From contig JBIOTQ010000046.1 in NCBI GenBank assembly GCA_044866075.1, positions 1 through 60,225 of the forward strand: a DNA stretch of 60,225 bases. Direction: 5' to 3'. The translations under genes and the position numbers were made by a program. Below, piece by piece: positions 1 through 9,155 of the stretch. Source of the stretch: Actinomycetota bacterium. GTDB taxonomy: Bacteria > Actinomycetota > AC-67. The stretch's first letter is position 1. Every line of letters starts with the position of its first letter. Below the pieces are notes generated by a model. The model was not told the DNA's origin, did no database searches, and was given only the letters and a program-made list of their open reading frames with translations.

Positions 1-580
1 GGAGTCCGACGACGCGCATGCCCGCCGCGACCAGGAGTGCCGTGAGGGTCACCGTCAAGAGATTCAGTCCATCGACGGGCAGACCGGCCGCGCGCGCCGA
101 CTCTTCATCCAGTGCCACGGCGAGCAACTGCCGGTAGAACGGCACCACGACGAGAGCGACGAGTACGCAAAGGACGATCTCGATGACGATGTCTCCCCAG
201 GAAGCGGTCAGGACGCTGCCGAACAGCACGCCGAGCGCAGACTGGTCGAAGCGGTGCGCCGCGGCGAGAAACACGGCACCGGCGGCGATGGCGCCGTAGA
301 AGACGAGCGCGAGCGCGAGGTCCCCCGCGATACGTCCCGCGGTTCGCATCCGCTCGAGAACGATAGCCCCAACGACCGCAATGGCGAGCGCGCCCCAGAT
401 CGGCGTGATGCCCAGAGCGACACCGATCGCGACACCGGCGAACGCGAGGTGCCCGACACCATCGCCGACCAAGGCGATCCGCCGCTGGACAAGGAAAGCG
501 CCGACCGCGGGCGCTGTGAGGCCGACCACGGCGACGGCGATGAACGCTCGGACCGCGTAGGCATCTGTGAAGATCCTCAT
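1..580 (-). CDS. znuB: Metal (zinc/manganese) ABC transporter permease, ABC-3/ZnuB family; 3' end cut by the window edge
   Basis: Absent from the ORF track because it runs off the window. My translation from ATG at 580 gives MRIFTDAYAVRAFIAVAVVGLTAPAVGAFLVQRRIALVGDGVGHLAFAGVAIGVALGITPIWGALAIAVVGAIVLERMR..., which is multi-TM and hydrophobic. ATGA overlap with the znuC stop at 577-580. Confidence 0.8.
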   Translation of the reverse strand, partial: MRIFTDAYAVRAFIAVAVVGLTAPAVGAFLVQRRIALVGDGVGHLAFAGVAIGVALGITPIWGALAIAVVGAIVLERMRTAGRIAGDLALALVFYGAIAAGAVFLAAAHRFDQSALGVLFGSVLTASWGDIVIEIVLCVLVALVVVPFYRQLLAVALDEESARAAGLPVDGLNLLTVTLTALLVAAGMRVVGL

Positions 581-1275
581 GAGACCTCGAAGTGCGCGTG
601 GAACTGCTCGTGCGTCAGCTGCCGGATGCTGCCGTCCGCGATGACCAGGATCCGATCGAGCACGGCATGGAAATCGTCGGGGTCGTGCGACACGGCGAGG
701 ACGGTCGCGCCGGCGTCGGCGCGCGCCCGCAGCTCCGCGACGAGGCGCGGGCGCAAGCTCTGGTCGATCCCCGTCGTCGGCTCGTCGAGCACGAGCAGCG
801 GCGGATCCGCGACGAGCGCGCGCGCCAAGATCGCGCGCTGCTGCTGCCCGCCGGACAGCTCGAAGAGGCATTCGTGCGCGAGATCCTGCATCCCGACCGC
901 GTCGAGCGCGGCATCGACGCGCACCCGTTCCCGGGCTCGATCGCGCTTCAGCACGCCGACGGCCGGCGTCAGCCCGGCGCCGACGACCTCGTCGACCGAT
1001 ACCGGGATCGAGGTCACCACGCGCAGGCCTTGCGGCGCGTAGCCGATCCGGCGTCGCACCGCTGCGTCGTCCGGAGCGCCCCCGAGAACCCTTACCGATC
1101 CGGCTTGCGGCCGCAGGAGACCGACGCAGAGCTTCAAGAGGGTCGACTTCCCGCTTCCGTTGTGCCCGGCGAGCACGACGAACTCCCCCGGCCGGAGCGC
1201 CATCTCGGCTCCCTCGAGCACGGGCGCTGCGCCGTAGGCGAAGCGCACGCCCGACAACTCGACGCTCAGCCGCAT
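577..1275 (-). CDS. znuC: Metal ABC transporter ATP-binding protein
   Basis: Walker A GHNGSGKST, ABC signature LSGGQQQR, Walker B LLVLDEPT. I chose the internal ATG at 1275 (MRLSVELSGVRF...) because the upstream part of the 482-aa ORF is Arg/Pro-rich and overlaps znuA. It overlaps the znuA stop. Confidence 0.9.
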   Translation of the reverse strand: MRLSVELSGVRFAYGAAPVLEGAEMALRPGEFVVLAGHNGSGKSTLLKLCVGLLRPQAGSVRVLGGAPDDAAVRRRIGYAPQGLRVVTSIPVSVDEVVGAGLTPAVGVLKRDRARERVRVDAALDAVGMQDLAHECLFELSGGQQQRAILARALVADPPLLVLDEPTTGIDQSLRPRLVAELRARADAGATVLAVSHDPDDFHAVLDRILVIADGSIRQLTHEQFHAHFEVS

Positions 1276-2150
1276 CGCAGACCCCCGGTCAGGCTGTCGA
1301 GGTTGGCGCGCATCGCGCTCAGGTAGTCCTTCGGTTTCGGGTCGGATTCGAGGGTGAGCAGGTCGCGTGCCGGAACACCCACATCGCGCGCGACGCTCCG
1401 CCCGATCCGGCGTCCCTCGTCGGTCGCTTCCACGAAGATCGCCGCGATCGCGCCGCGGCGCGCGAGATTGCGAACGCGGCGGATCTGCGCCGCCGAGGGC
1501 TCGGCCTCGGGCGTGAGGCCGGTCAAGCCGAGCTGCGTCAGACCGTAGCGCCGGGCGAGGTACCCGAAGGCCTCGTGCGTCGTCACGAGGGTTTTGAGAG
1601 CGCATTTCGACAGTTCCGTGCGGAAGGCTTCGTCGAGGGCCGTGAGTTCTGAGACCAACTTCACTTCGCGTTGCCGGTAGCCGGTCGCGCCGTTTGGATC
1701 GGCTGCGGCGAACGCGCGGGACACCCTCCCGACGATCTCGACCATCAGCGCGGGATCGAGCCAGACGTGAGGGTCGGCGCTCAACCCCTCCTCCTCGGAA
1801 GGCAACAGCCTCAGGCCGTTCAACAGATCCACGGCCCGGTCGCCTACGTCGCGCACCGCGTTCTCCATCTCCGGCTGGAACCCGCGGCCCAGGTAGAAGA
1901 CAAGCGTCGCGTCCTGGATGTCGGCGCGCTGACTCGCGGTGAGCTGGATCTCGTGCGGTTCGGCGCCCGGCGGCGTGAGATCCTCGACCGCGACGCCGAT
2001 TCCCCCGACCTGCGCGGCCGCCCATGCCAGGGGATAGAACGCGCCCACGACCCGGATCCCGGCATTGCCGGACGAGTCGTCCGAGCAGGCGCCGAGCGTC
2101 GCCATGATGGCGGCCGCGGCGACGAGAGAGACCAGCCTCCAGGGAGCCAT
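1266..2150 (-). CDS. znuA: Metal ABC transporter substrate-binding lipoprotein (ZnuA/TroA family)
   Basis: Signal peptide with lipobox LGAC. DPHVWLDP motif and overall TroA-like sequence. First gene of the znuA-C-B operon with overlapping stops and starts. Confidence 0.88.
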   Translation of the reverse strand: MAPWRLVSLVAAAAIMATLGACSDDSSGNAGIRVVGAFYPLAWAAAQVGGIGVAVEDLTPPGAEPHEIQLTASQRADIQDATLVFYLGRGFQPEMENAVRDVGDRAVDLLNGLRLLPSEEEGLSADPHVWLDPALMVEIVGRVSRAFAAADPNGATGYRQREVKLVSELTALDEAFRTELSKCALKTLVTTHEAFGYLARRYGLTQLGLTGLTPEAEPSAAQIRRVRNLARRGAIAAIFVEATDEGRRIGRSVARDVGVPARDLLTLESDPKPKDYLSAMRANLDSLTGGLRCG

Positions 2151-2151
2151 T

Positions 2152-2172
2152 TGAGAACCATTATCATTCTCA
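2152..2172. promoter_or_regulatory. Fur-family (probably Zur) operator directly abutting the znuA start codon
   Basis: TGAGAACCATTATCATTCTCA is an imperfect palindrome (TGAGAA-n9-TTCTCA). Its reverse complement contains AATGATAAT, the core of Fur/Zur boxes. It is AT-rich in a 70% GC genome and sits between divergent znuA and the PHP hydrolase gene. Confidence 0.5.
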
Positions 2173-2240
2173 CGCAGGCGCGCCTAGTCAAGTCGCGCGG
2201 CGGCAGGACTCGTTGGCGGGCCCGCAGAATCTGAAAGGCG

Positions 2241-3380
2241 ATGACGCCGCCCATCTCCCGACGGGACTTCCTGCGCAGCACGGCCGTGCTCGGCGCGAGC
2301 GTTGCCATCCTGCCCCGCATCGGGCACGCCTCGGAAGCCGCCGGCGAGGGGACGTGGCTGGTCGGCGACCTGCACTGCCACACTGTTTTCTCCCACGACG
2401 TGTGGGGAGGCCCGAACGACGACAACACCGGACTCGACGAGGCGTACACGCTTGGGTGGACGCCTGGTGAGCAGATCTCGATCGCCGAGCTACGCGGCCT
2501 CGATTTCCTCGCGATCACCGATCACAACGACGTGCGCGCGCTCACCGACCCCGGCTACACCTCGACGAAGCTGGCCCTGATCAAGGGTTACGAGCACAGT
2601 CTCAGCAAGGGGCACGCGGGCTGTCTCGGCCTAACCGAGGTGTTGCACTTCGACACGTCGACGGACGCCGGCGCGCTCGCGCTCCGGGACGAGGTCCATG
2701 CCCGCGGCGGAACGTTCATCCTCAACCACCCCTTCTACGCGAACGGGTGGGGCTACTCACCGAGCGTCGTACCCGACTCGATCGAGGTCTGGAACATCGG
2801 CTGGGTGTACCGCCATATCGCGCCCGAACTGGTCCCCAACGTTCCGCCGGAGCCCTCTGTGTCGGACAACTACAAGTCGCTCCCCTACTGGGAGGACGAG
2901 TTCCTCTCGAAGGGCCGCATGCCGGCCACCGGTGGGAGCGACAACCACTACCGCGCGACCGTGGCCGTGCAGGGCGTGGGCCAGCCGGCGACGTGGGTGT
3001 ACTCGCGGGACCGTTCGCCGCAGTCGATCCTCGACGGGATCCGCGCGGGACGGACGTTCGTCGCCGCGGAACCGCCCGCGCTCGGCGGGATCACGATCGA
3101 GCTCACCGCGCGCAGCGGAAGCACGAGCTGGATGGTCGGCGACACGGTACCGGCGATCGCCGGAACGGTCACCGTCTCTGCGCGCGTTACCAACGCGCCT
3201 GCGCATCGGATCGTGTTCGTCGTAGACGGCGTGCGAAGCGATCCGGAACTGATCCTGTCGCTCGACAAGACGTTCGAGATCAGTCTCGACGCGGCGACGC
3301 ACAACCGCGTGCGGGTCGAGGTCTTTCTGGACCAGGGCTACTGGATGGGCGCGCTGACGAGCCCGATCTACTTCGCTTGA
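2241..3380 (+). CDS. Tat-secreted PHP-domain metallohydrolase (CehA/McbA-like)
   Basis: Twin-arginine signal SRRDFLRSTAVLGASVA. PHP motifs GDLHCHTVFSHD, AITDHN and GGSDNH. C-terminal beta-rich extension. Confidence 0.75.
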   Translation: MTPPISRRDFLRSTAVLGASVAILPRIGHASEAAGEGTWLVGDLHCHTVFSHDVWGGPNDDNTGLDEAYTLGWTPGEQISIAELRGLDFLAITDHNDVRALTDPGYTSTKLALIKGYEHSLSKGHAGCLGLTEVLHFDTSTDAGALALRDEVHARGGTFILNHPFYANGWGYSPSVVPDSIEVWNIGWVYRHIAPELVPNVPPEPSVSDNYKSLPYWEDEFLSKGRMPATGGSDNHYRATVAVQGVGQPATWVYSRDRSPQSILDGIRAGRTFVAAEPPALGGITIELTARSGSTSWMVGDTVPAIAGTVTVSARVTNAPAHRIVFVVDGVRSDPELILSLDKTFEISLDAATHNRVRVEVFLDQGYWMGALTSPIYFA

Positions 3381-4270
3381 CGGCTCGCGATCGCTTCCAG
3401 CAGGCGATCGACAGGACCGTTCAGCCGGTGCGATCGCGCGATCGACTTCAACTGCTTGCTAGCCGGCCGGCCGAGCGTGAGATCCGGGTTTCCCACGCGA
3501 CAATCGCCTTTCATGCGCACTACCTTGGCGGCACGCATGACGTAGTCGGATGCGACGGCCACCTTGTAGAGCGGCCCCGAGCGTGCGCCCTCGCACGCGG
3601 CGAGAACGGCTTCGAGCGATCCGTACTTGGCGATGAGCTGCGCCGCCGACTTCTCGCCGATGCCCGGCACGCCGGGAAGGCCGTCCGACGGGTCGCCGCG
3701 TAGCACGGCGAAATCGGCGTAGCTCCGGCCGGGGATCCCGTACTTCGAGCGAATCTCGGCCTCGTTCACGCGGAGCATCTCGCTCACGCCGCGCTTCGGG
3801 TACAGCACGACGACGTCTGGGTCGCGAACGAGCTGGAAGAGGTCGCGATCGCCGGAGACGATCGCCACGGGACCCCGGATCTGTTTGAGGAGCGTCGCGA
3901 TGATGTCCTCTGCTTCGCAGCGCGCCGAACCGACGACCGCGACACGCGCCAGTTTGAGGATGCGCACGATCAGCTCGGTCTGGCGCTCGACCTCGTCGGC
4001 CGGCTCGTCCTCCATGATCGCGACGCGCTGCGCCTTGTACTCCCCGACCAGATCGACCCGCCATTGCGGCCGCCAGTCGCCGTCGAGGCAGCACGCCACG
4101 CGCGTCGGGCGCAGGTCGAGGATGAGACGGCCGAGCATCGACAGGAACCCGTGCGCCGCGTTGATGGACGAGCCGTCGGGCGCGCGGATCGAGTCGGGCA
4201 GCGCGAAGTACGAGCGCCAGATCAGGCTCGGCGCGTCGACGAGCAGGGTCGAACCCGAGGTGCGAGCCAC
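3368..4270 (-). CDS. 5'-3' exonuclease / flap endonuclease (Pol I N-terminal domain homologue)
   Basis: LLVDAPSLIWRSYFALP, IVSGDRDLFQLV, and the HhH motif GDPSDGLPGVPGIGEKSAAQLI. GTG start. Confidence 0.85.
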   Translation of the reverse strand: MARTSGSTLLVDAPSLIWRSYFALPDSIRAPDGSSINAAHGFLSMLGRLILDLRPTRVACCLDGDWRPQWRVDLVGEYKAQRVAIMEDEPADEVERQTELIVRILKLARVAVVGSARCEAEDIIATLLKQIRGPVAIVSGDRDLFQLVRDPDVVVLYPKRGVSEMLRVNEAEIRSKYGIPGRSYADFAVLRGDPSDGLPGVPGIGEKSAAQLIAKYGSLEAVLAACEGARSGPLYKVAVASDYVMRAAKVVRMKGDCRVGNPDLTLGRPASKQLKSIARSHRLNGPVDRLLEAIASRQAK

Positions 4271-4383
4271 GGAGGGCCTATCGTACCGACGGGGCTCGGG
4301 TCGCCGTCGCCAGCGGCGGGGCAGGACCGGATGGGCTCTCTCCCGAATAGGTTCTCCTGCATCCCACGAGCGGAGCGAAAGGT

Positions 4384-6660
4384 GTGATCGTGCGCCGTCC
4401 CAGGTCGTCGACCCTCCGCGTCTTCCTGGGGCTTTGCGTCGTCGCAGCGTCGCTGGCCCTCGTCCCGGCCGGCGCGCAGCTCACGCTGCGCAGGCCCTGC
4501 GATCCGCTCGATAACGCGCTGTGCCTGCTGCCGTTCCCGAACGACCGCTTCACACGTCCCGACCCGACGACGGACACCGGCCGGCGGATCGATTTCCAGC
4601 TCCCGGAGATGCCGCGCAGCATCGCCGGGAAACCGATCGATCCGACCGAATGGAACCGCAACGACGGGTTCTCGCCCGGCTCGATGGTGCTCACGTTCGT
4701 GCCCGGTCTCGACCTGCACCGGACCTGGGGCACGCAGGCCATCACCGGAGCGCGCGTCGGCGGGCCGAACGATCCGCGTGATCAGGTCGCCGACATCGGG
4801 CGTTACGTCGCGCAGAACGCCCCCATCCTGATCATCGACACGACCACCGGGCACCGCTGGCCGTTCTGGTCCGAGCTCGACACCAACGCGGCCACCGCGG
4901 ACGACGACCGGCTCCTGATCCTTCGCCCGGCGGTGAACTTCCTCGAGGGACATCGCTACCTCGTCGCGCTGCGCAACATGCGCGACCCGGGCGGCAACGT
5001 CATCCCTGCGGGCGCCCAGTTCGCCGCCTACCGCGACGGCACGCCGGGCCCGGGCACCGACGTGACCTTCGAAGAAGACCGGCGGCCCGAGGTTGAAGGG
5101 ATCATCAACGAGATCGCGCGCGCCGAGTCCAGACGAGGCAACCGCTTCGACAAGAAGCAGCTGTACCTCGCCTGGCAGTTCACCGTCGCGTCGGAGCGGA
5201 ACCTGTCGGAGCGCGTGCTTCACATCCGCGACGACGCCTTCCGTCAACTCGGCGACACGAACCTCGCCGACCGCCGCATCGCGGGACACGCGCCTTTCTA
5301 CGCGGTCACCACGGTGACCGACCGCTCGAACGACGGCGCGCGCCTGCGTCAGGTCGAAGGGACGATCACGGTGCCCAACTACCTGAACCTGCCGCCGCAG
5401 CCGCCCCTAGAGGAGATCCCCGTCCCCGTCGACAACCCGATCGGCGACAGCCTGCCGGGGCAGGCGATCCCCGGGGGCCGCTTCCTGTACGGCGCGAACG
5501 GCGTCCCGACGCAAAACCCCGTGCAACCGACCATCGATGTTCCGTTCGTGTGCACGATCCCGAAGGCTGCGACGGGGTCGCCGGCCCACCCGATGCTGTA
5601 CGGCCACGGGCTCCTCGGCAGCCGCTTCGAGTCGACCGGGGGGTCGACCGACCGCGACCGCGAACGCAACTTCATGCCCTGCGCGGTCAACTGGATGGGC
5701 TTCGCCGAGTACGACGTCGCCAACGCGCTTCTCGGCCTCGTCGATCCGAGCAACGTGCCGTCGTTGATGGATCGGGCGCAGCAAGGATTCCTCAATTTCC
5801 TCTACCTCGGGCGCGCGCTCGCGCACCCCCAAGGGCTGGTCCAGGATCCGGCGTTCCGGTCGGCGTCGGGTGCGCCGCTGTTCCGCGCGGGCGAGCTCTT
5901 CTACGACGGCAACAGCCAAGGAGGGATCATGGGCGGCGCGCTCACCGCGCTCGGCGTGGACTTCACGCGCTCGACGCTCGGCGTCGTCGGGATGAACTAC
6001 TCGACGCTGCTCAACCGATCCTCGGACTGGGAAGGCCCGCTGTTCGACCCCGAGAACCCCAACTTCCCCTCGTACTCGTCGTTCATGTACACGATGTTCC
6101 CCGACAAGAAAGAGCAGCAGGTGGTCATGTCGCTCATGCAGATGGTGTGGGACCGCGCCGAAGCCAACGGCTACGCGCAGCATATGACGACCGACCCGCT
6201 GCCGAATACGCCGAAGCACCAGGTGCTGATGCACGTCGCGCTCGGCGACTTCCAAGTCACGAACTACGCCGCCGAAGTCGAGGCGCGGACGATCGGCGCG
6301 CGCGCGATGCAAACGGCACTCATGCCGGCACGGCACTGGGCGATCCGGCCCTACTTCGGTTTGCGGCCGTTCCAGACGCGCGCCGGCGAGATCGTGCCCT
6401 GGAACGGCTCGGCCATCGTGTACTGGGACTCGGGAAACCTCGTGCCGCCGAACGGCAATGTGCCGCCTCGCGAGGACGGCGGGGATCCGCACGAGGACCC
6501 GCGCCGCGACCCGCGCGCCGCGGATCAAAAGGTGACGTTCTGGTTGACGGGGAAGATCGTCGACGTGATGAGCGGCGGGCCGTACCTGCTGTGCCGGCCC
6601 GGCGTCGAGTCGAGCATCCCGCGCGTGCCGAGCCAGTTCAGCTTCGACTGGTGCCGCTAG
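4384..6660 (+). CDS. Large secreted alpha/beta-hydrolase-like protein, unknown specificity
   Basis: N-terminal signal peptide (LGLCVVAASLALVPAGAQ). Candidate nucleophile elbow GNSQGG within YDGNSQGGIMGGALTALG. Coding-like composition over 758 aa. Confidence 0.6.
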   Translation: MIVRRPRSSTLRVFLGLCVVAASLALVPAGAQLTLRRPCDPLDNALCLLPFPNDRFTRPDPTTDTGRRIDFQLPEMPRSIAGKPIDPTEWNRNDGFSPGSMVLTFVPGLDLHRTWGTQAITGARVGGPNDPRDQVADIGRYVAQNAPILIIDTTTGHRWPFWSELDTNAATADDDRLLILRPAVNFLEGHRYLVALRNMRDPGGNVIPAGAQFAAYRDGTPGPGTDVTFEEDRRPEVEGIINEIARAESRRGNRFDKKQLYLAWQFTVASERNLSERVLHIRDDAFRQLGDTNLADRRIAGHAPFYAVTTVTDRSNDGARLRQVEGTITVPNYLNLPPQPPLEEIPVPVDNPIGDSLPGQAIPGGRFLYGANGVPTQNPVQPTIDVPFVCTIPKAATGSPAHPMLYGHGLLGSRFESTGGSTDRDRERNFMPCAVNWMGFAEYDVANALLGLVDPSNVPSLMDRAQQGFLNFLYLGRALAHPQGLVQDPAFRSASGAPLFRAGELFYDGNSQGGIMGGALTALGVDFTRSTLGVVGMNYSTLLNRSSDWEGPLFDPENPNFPSYSSFMYTMFPDKKEQQVVMSLMQMVWDRAEANGYAQHMTTDPLPNTPKHQVLMHVALGDFQVTNYAAEVEARTIGARAMQTALMPARHWAIRPYFGLRPFQTRAGEIVPWNGSAIVYWDSGNLVPPNGNVPPREDGGDPHEDPRRDPRAADQKVTFWLTGKIVDVMSGGPYLLCRPGVESSIPRVPSQFSFDWCR

Positions 6661-6700
6661 AGGCGGCCGATCGGGTCAACCGGGGTGGGCGGGGGGCCGA

Positions 6701-7186
6701 TCAGAGTTCCAACACGTAGCACAAGAGAAACGTCATGTCGTCGGGCAGGTAGTCGCGGCTCTGATCGCGGCGGAACCCGAGGCCCTCGTATAGCTTCCGC
6801 GACGCGTCCATGATCTCGTCGGCGTGCAGGCTCACGGCGCGCTTGCCGTCGGCGCGCGCCCGCTCGATGCACGCGACGCTCAACGCGCGCCCGACACCGC
6901 GGCGCGCGTGCGACGGTTTCACCGCGAGCATACGGATCGACGCCTCGTCCTCGCGCTGGTGCGACGCGTACGGAGAGGACGCGTCGCCCACGTACGTGAC
7001 GGTGCCGACGACCTCGCCGTCGTCGACCGCAATGAGGACGGCCGCGCCGGCCGCCCGCGCGGGCACGTCGCGAAGGCGATCCTCGTAGTACCCGAGGTCG
7101 GCGCCGTAGAAGGCTGCGTAGCCGTCGACGGCCGCGTCGCCGGCGGCCGCGAAATCCTCGGGAGCGGCGTCGCGGATCTCGATCAC
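6701..7186 (-). CDS. GNAT family N-acetyltransferase
   Basis: Acetyl-CoA motif RRGVGRAL, then YEGLGFRR. I chose GTG at 7186 (MIEIRDAAPEDF), which forms a GTGA overlap with the stop of the upstream PHP gene. Confidence 0.8.
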   Translation of the reverse strand: MIEIRDAAPEDFAAAGDAAVDGYAAFYGADLGYYEDRLRDVPARAAGAAVLIAVDDGEVVGTVTYVGDASSPYASHQREDEASIRMLAVKPSHARRGVGRALSVACIERARADGKRAVSLHADEIMDASRKLYEGLGFRRDQSRDYLPDDMTFLLCYVLEL

Positions 7187-8232
7187 GACGAGACGGCGCG
7201 CGTACGCCGTTCGGCCACCCATTCCCGCACCCAGCCGAGCTCGTGGAAGTTCAGGATGCGATCGGGCGGGACGCCGGCGATCGCTGCCGCGCCCAGCCCC
7301 AGAGGCATGAAATCGAGCTCACCGATCGCGTGGGCGTCGGTCCCGATCGAGAACCACACGCCCGTGTCCCGCGCTTGACGGAGGAGCTCGACCGGCAGGT
7401 CCTGGCGCGCGACCGTGCAGTCGATCTCGACAGCCTTCCCGGCCTCGGCGGCGGCCGCGAACACGCGCGGCCAGTCCGCGATCAACCCGGTCCGCCGGTT
7501 GAACATGCGGCCGACGGGATGCGCGAAGACATCGACGGTCGGGTTCGCGATCGCGGCGAGGTATCGCTCGGTCTGGTCCTCCTTCAGCCGCAGCGCCGAG
7601 TGGAATGCGCCGAGAACCAGATCGAGCGACGCGAGGCAGCTCGGATCCATGTCGCCCTCTCCTTCGGGCGACACGTTCATCTCTAAGCCTTTGAGGATCT
7701 CGAGGTCGGCGAGGCCCGGCGCCAGCGTGTCGATCTCCTCCCACTGCCGGGCGACCGTCGCTTCGTCCATCCCGCCGGCGATCTTCAAACCCTGGGAATG
7801 GTCGGTGATCGCGGCGAACGCGTAGCCGCGCGTCGCGAGCGAGCTCGCCATTACCGCCAGCGGCTCGGCGCCATCCGACCACGTCGTGTGCACCTGAAGG
7901 TCGGCGTGCACGAGCCGGTACTCGGGAGCGTTCTCGAGGGCGTGGATCGCCTCGGCCATCGAGATGTACCCGCGGCGCGTGGCCGGCGGCTCGGGCGGGG
8001 ACGGCGGTTTCGCGAACCACTCCTCGATGATCGCGGCCACCCACGGCCCGACCGCGGGGAGAACCGTCAGCGACTCCCCTTTCGCCAGCACCTCGGCCGC
8101 TTCCTCTGGCCACAGGAGCGCCTGCCAGGCGGCGCGCCGGAGCGCGCGGGCGCGGTGCTCCTGGTGCTGTTCGGATTCGCGGGCGAGGAGTTCGCAGAGA
8201 TCGACGTTGCGCACGGGCCGAAATCTACCCAC
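7183..8232 (-). CDS. PolX-like protein with N-terminal HhH (8-kDa-like) region and PHP phosphoesterase domain but no polymerase core
   Basis: The PHP domain matches bacterial PolX C-termini: DLQVHTTWSDG, AITDHSQGLKIAGG, LKGLEMNV, GAFHS, FAHPVGRMFNRR, IGTDAH. The N-terminus (NVDLCELLARE...RALRRAAWQAL...LPAVGPWVAAIIEEW) resembles the PolX HhH domain. At 349 aa there is no room for the palm and thumb. Confidence 0.75.
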   Translation of the reverse strand: MGRFRPVRNVDLCELLARESEQHQEHRARALRRAAWQALLWPEEAAEVLAKGESLTVLPAVGPWVAAIIEEWFAKPPSPPEPPATRRGYISMAEAIHALENAPEYRLVHADLQVHTTWSDGAEPLAVMASSLATRGYAFAAITDHSQGLKIAGGMDEATVARQWEEIDTLAPGLADLEILKGLEMNVSPEGEGDMDPSCLASLDLVLGAFHSALRLKEDQTERYLAAIANPTVDVFAHPVGRMFNRRTGLIADWPRVFAAAAEAGKAVEIDCTVARQDLPVELLRQARDTGVWFSIGTDAHAIGELDFMPLGLGAAAIAGVPPDRILNFHELGWVREWVAERRTRAVSS

Positions 8233-8244
8233 CGGAGCGGGCGC

Positions 8245-9105
8245 CTATCCGGCCCGCTGCTTCACCAGCTCTTCGCTGACCTGCCAGAGCCGCTCCTGGG
8301 CGGCCTCGTCGTAGGACGGCGGCGAGGACATCTTCTCGCGGCGGTTGTCGAAATACTTGCCGTGCACTCCCTCGACGTCGGGCGACGTCGCCAGGTAGAT
8401 CGGCGTCTCCGCGCCCGACCGCACGGAGATCGCGCGACCGGTCAGCCGGAACAGCCACATGAACGGCTTCACCGGGATGCGGTTGCCGCTGCCGAGGCTC
8501 GTCGCGACGAAGCCGGGGTGCAGGCTGTTCGCCGTGACGCCGGTTCCTTCGAGACGGCGCGCGAGCGCGTACGTGAACATCACGTTGGCGAGCTTGGAGC
8601 GGCTGTAGACGCGCATCGAACGGTAGTTGCGCGTGCTCTGAAGGTCGTCGAAGTCGAGCGTCGAGCCGTAGTGCGCGTCCGAGGCGACGACGACGATCCG
8701 GCTCGGGGCGCTCTCCTTCAGCCGGTCGAGCAGCAGGTTCGTCAGCGTGAACGCCGCGAGATGATTGACGGCGAACGTCTCCTCGTAACCGTCGACGGTG
8801 ACGGTGCGCCTGATGCGGTACACGCCGGCGTTCGAGACGAAGACGTCGATCCGCGCGTAGCGGTCGAGGATCGCTTCGGCGAGCTCGTGCGTGGAGCGCA
8901 GCGACGCGAGATCGCCGAGGACGACGTCGGCGGAGCCGGGCGCGTCGCGGCGCACCTCCTCGGCGGCCGCCTCCGTCTTCTCGGCGTTCCGCCCGACCAT
9001 CACGACGCGCGCGCCGGCCGCGCACAGCCCGCGCGCCGTCTCGAGGCCGATCCCCGAGCTCGCGCCGGTTACGACGCACAGCTTCCCGTCCATCGGGCCG
9101 CTCAT
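8245..9105 (-). CDS. Short-chain dehydrogenase/reductase (SDR)
   Basis: TGASSGIG cofactor motif, NAG motif and YSRSK active site. Internal ATG at 9105 (MSGPMDGKLCVVTGASSGIG) preferred over the longer ORF. Confidence 0.85.
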   Translation of the reverse strand: MSGPMDGKLCVVTGASSGIGLETARGLCAAGARVVMVGRNAEKTEAAAEEVRRDAPGSADVVLGDLASLRSTHELAEAILDRYARIDVFVSNAGVYRIRRTVTVDGYEETFAVNHLAAFTLTNLLLDRLKESAPSRIVVVASDAHYGSTLDFDDLQSTRNYRSMRVYSRSKLANVMFTYALARRLEGTGVTANSLHPGFVATSLGSGNRIPVKPFMWLFRLTGRAISVRSGAETPIYLATSPDVEGVHGKYFDNRREKMSSPPSYDEAAQERLWQVSEELVKQRAG

Positions 9106-9155
9106 CGCGCGGAATCCTAGTCGGCCTGCGCCGCTAGTCGTTAGGCTGGACCCCG

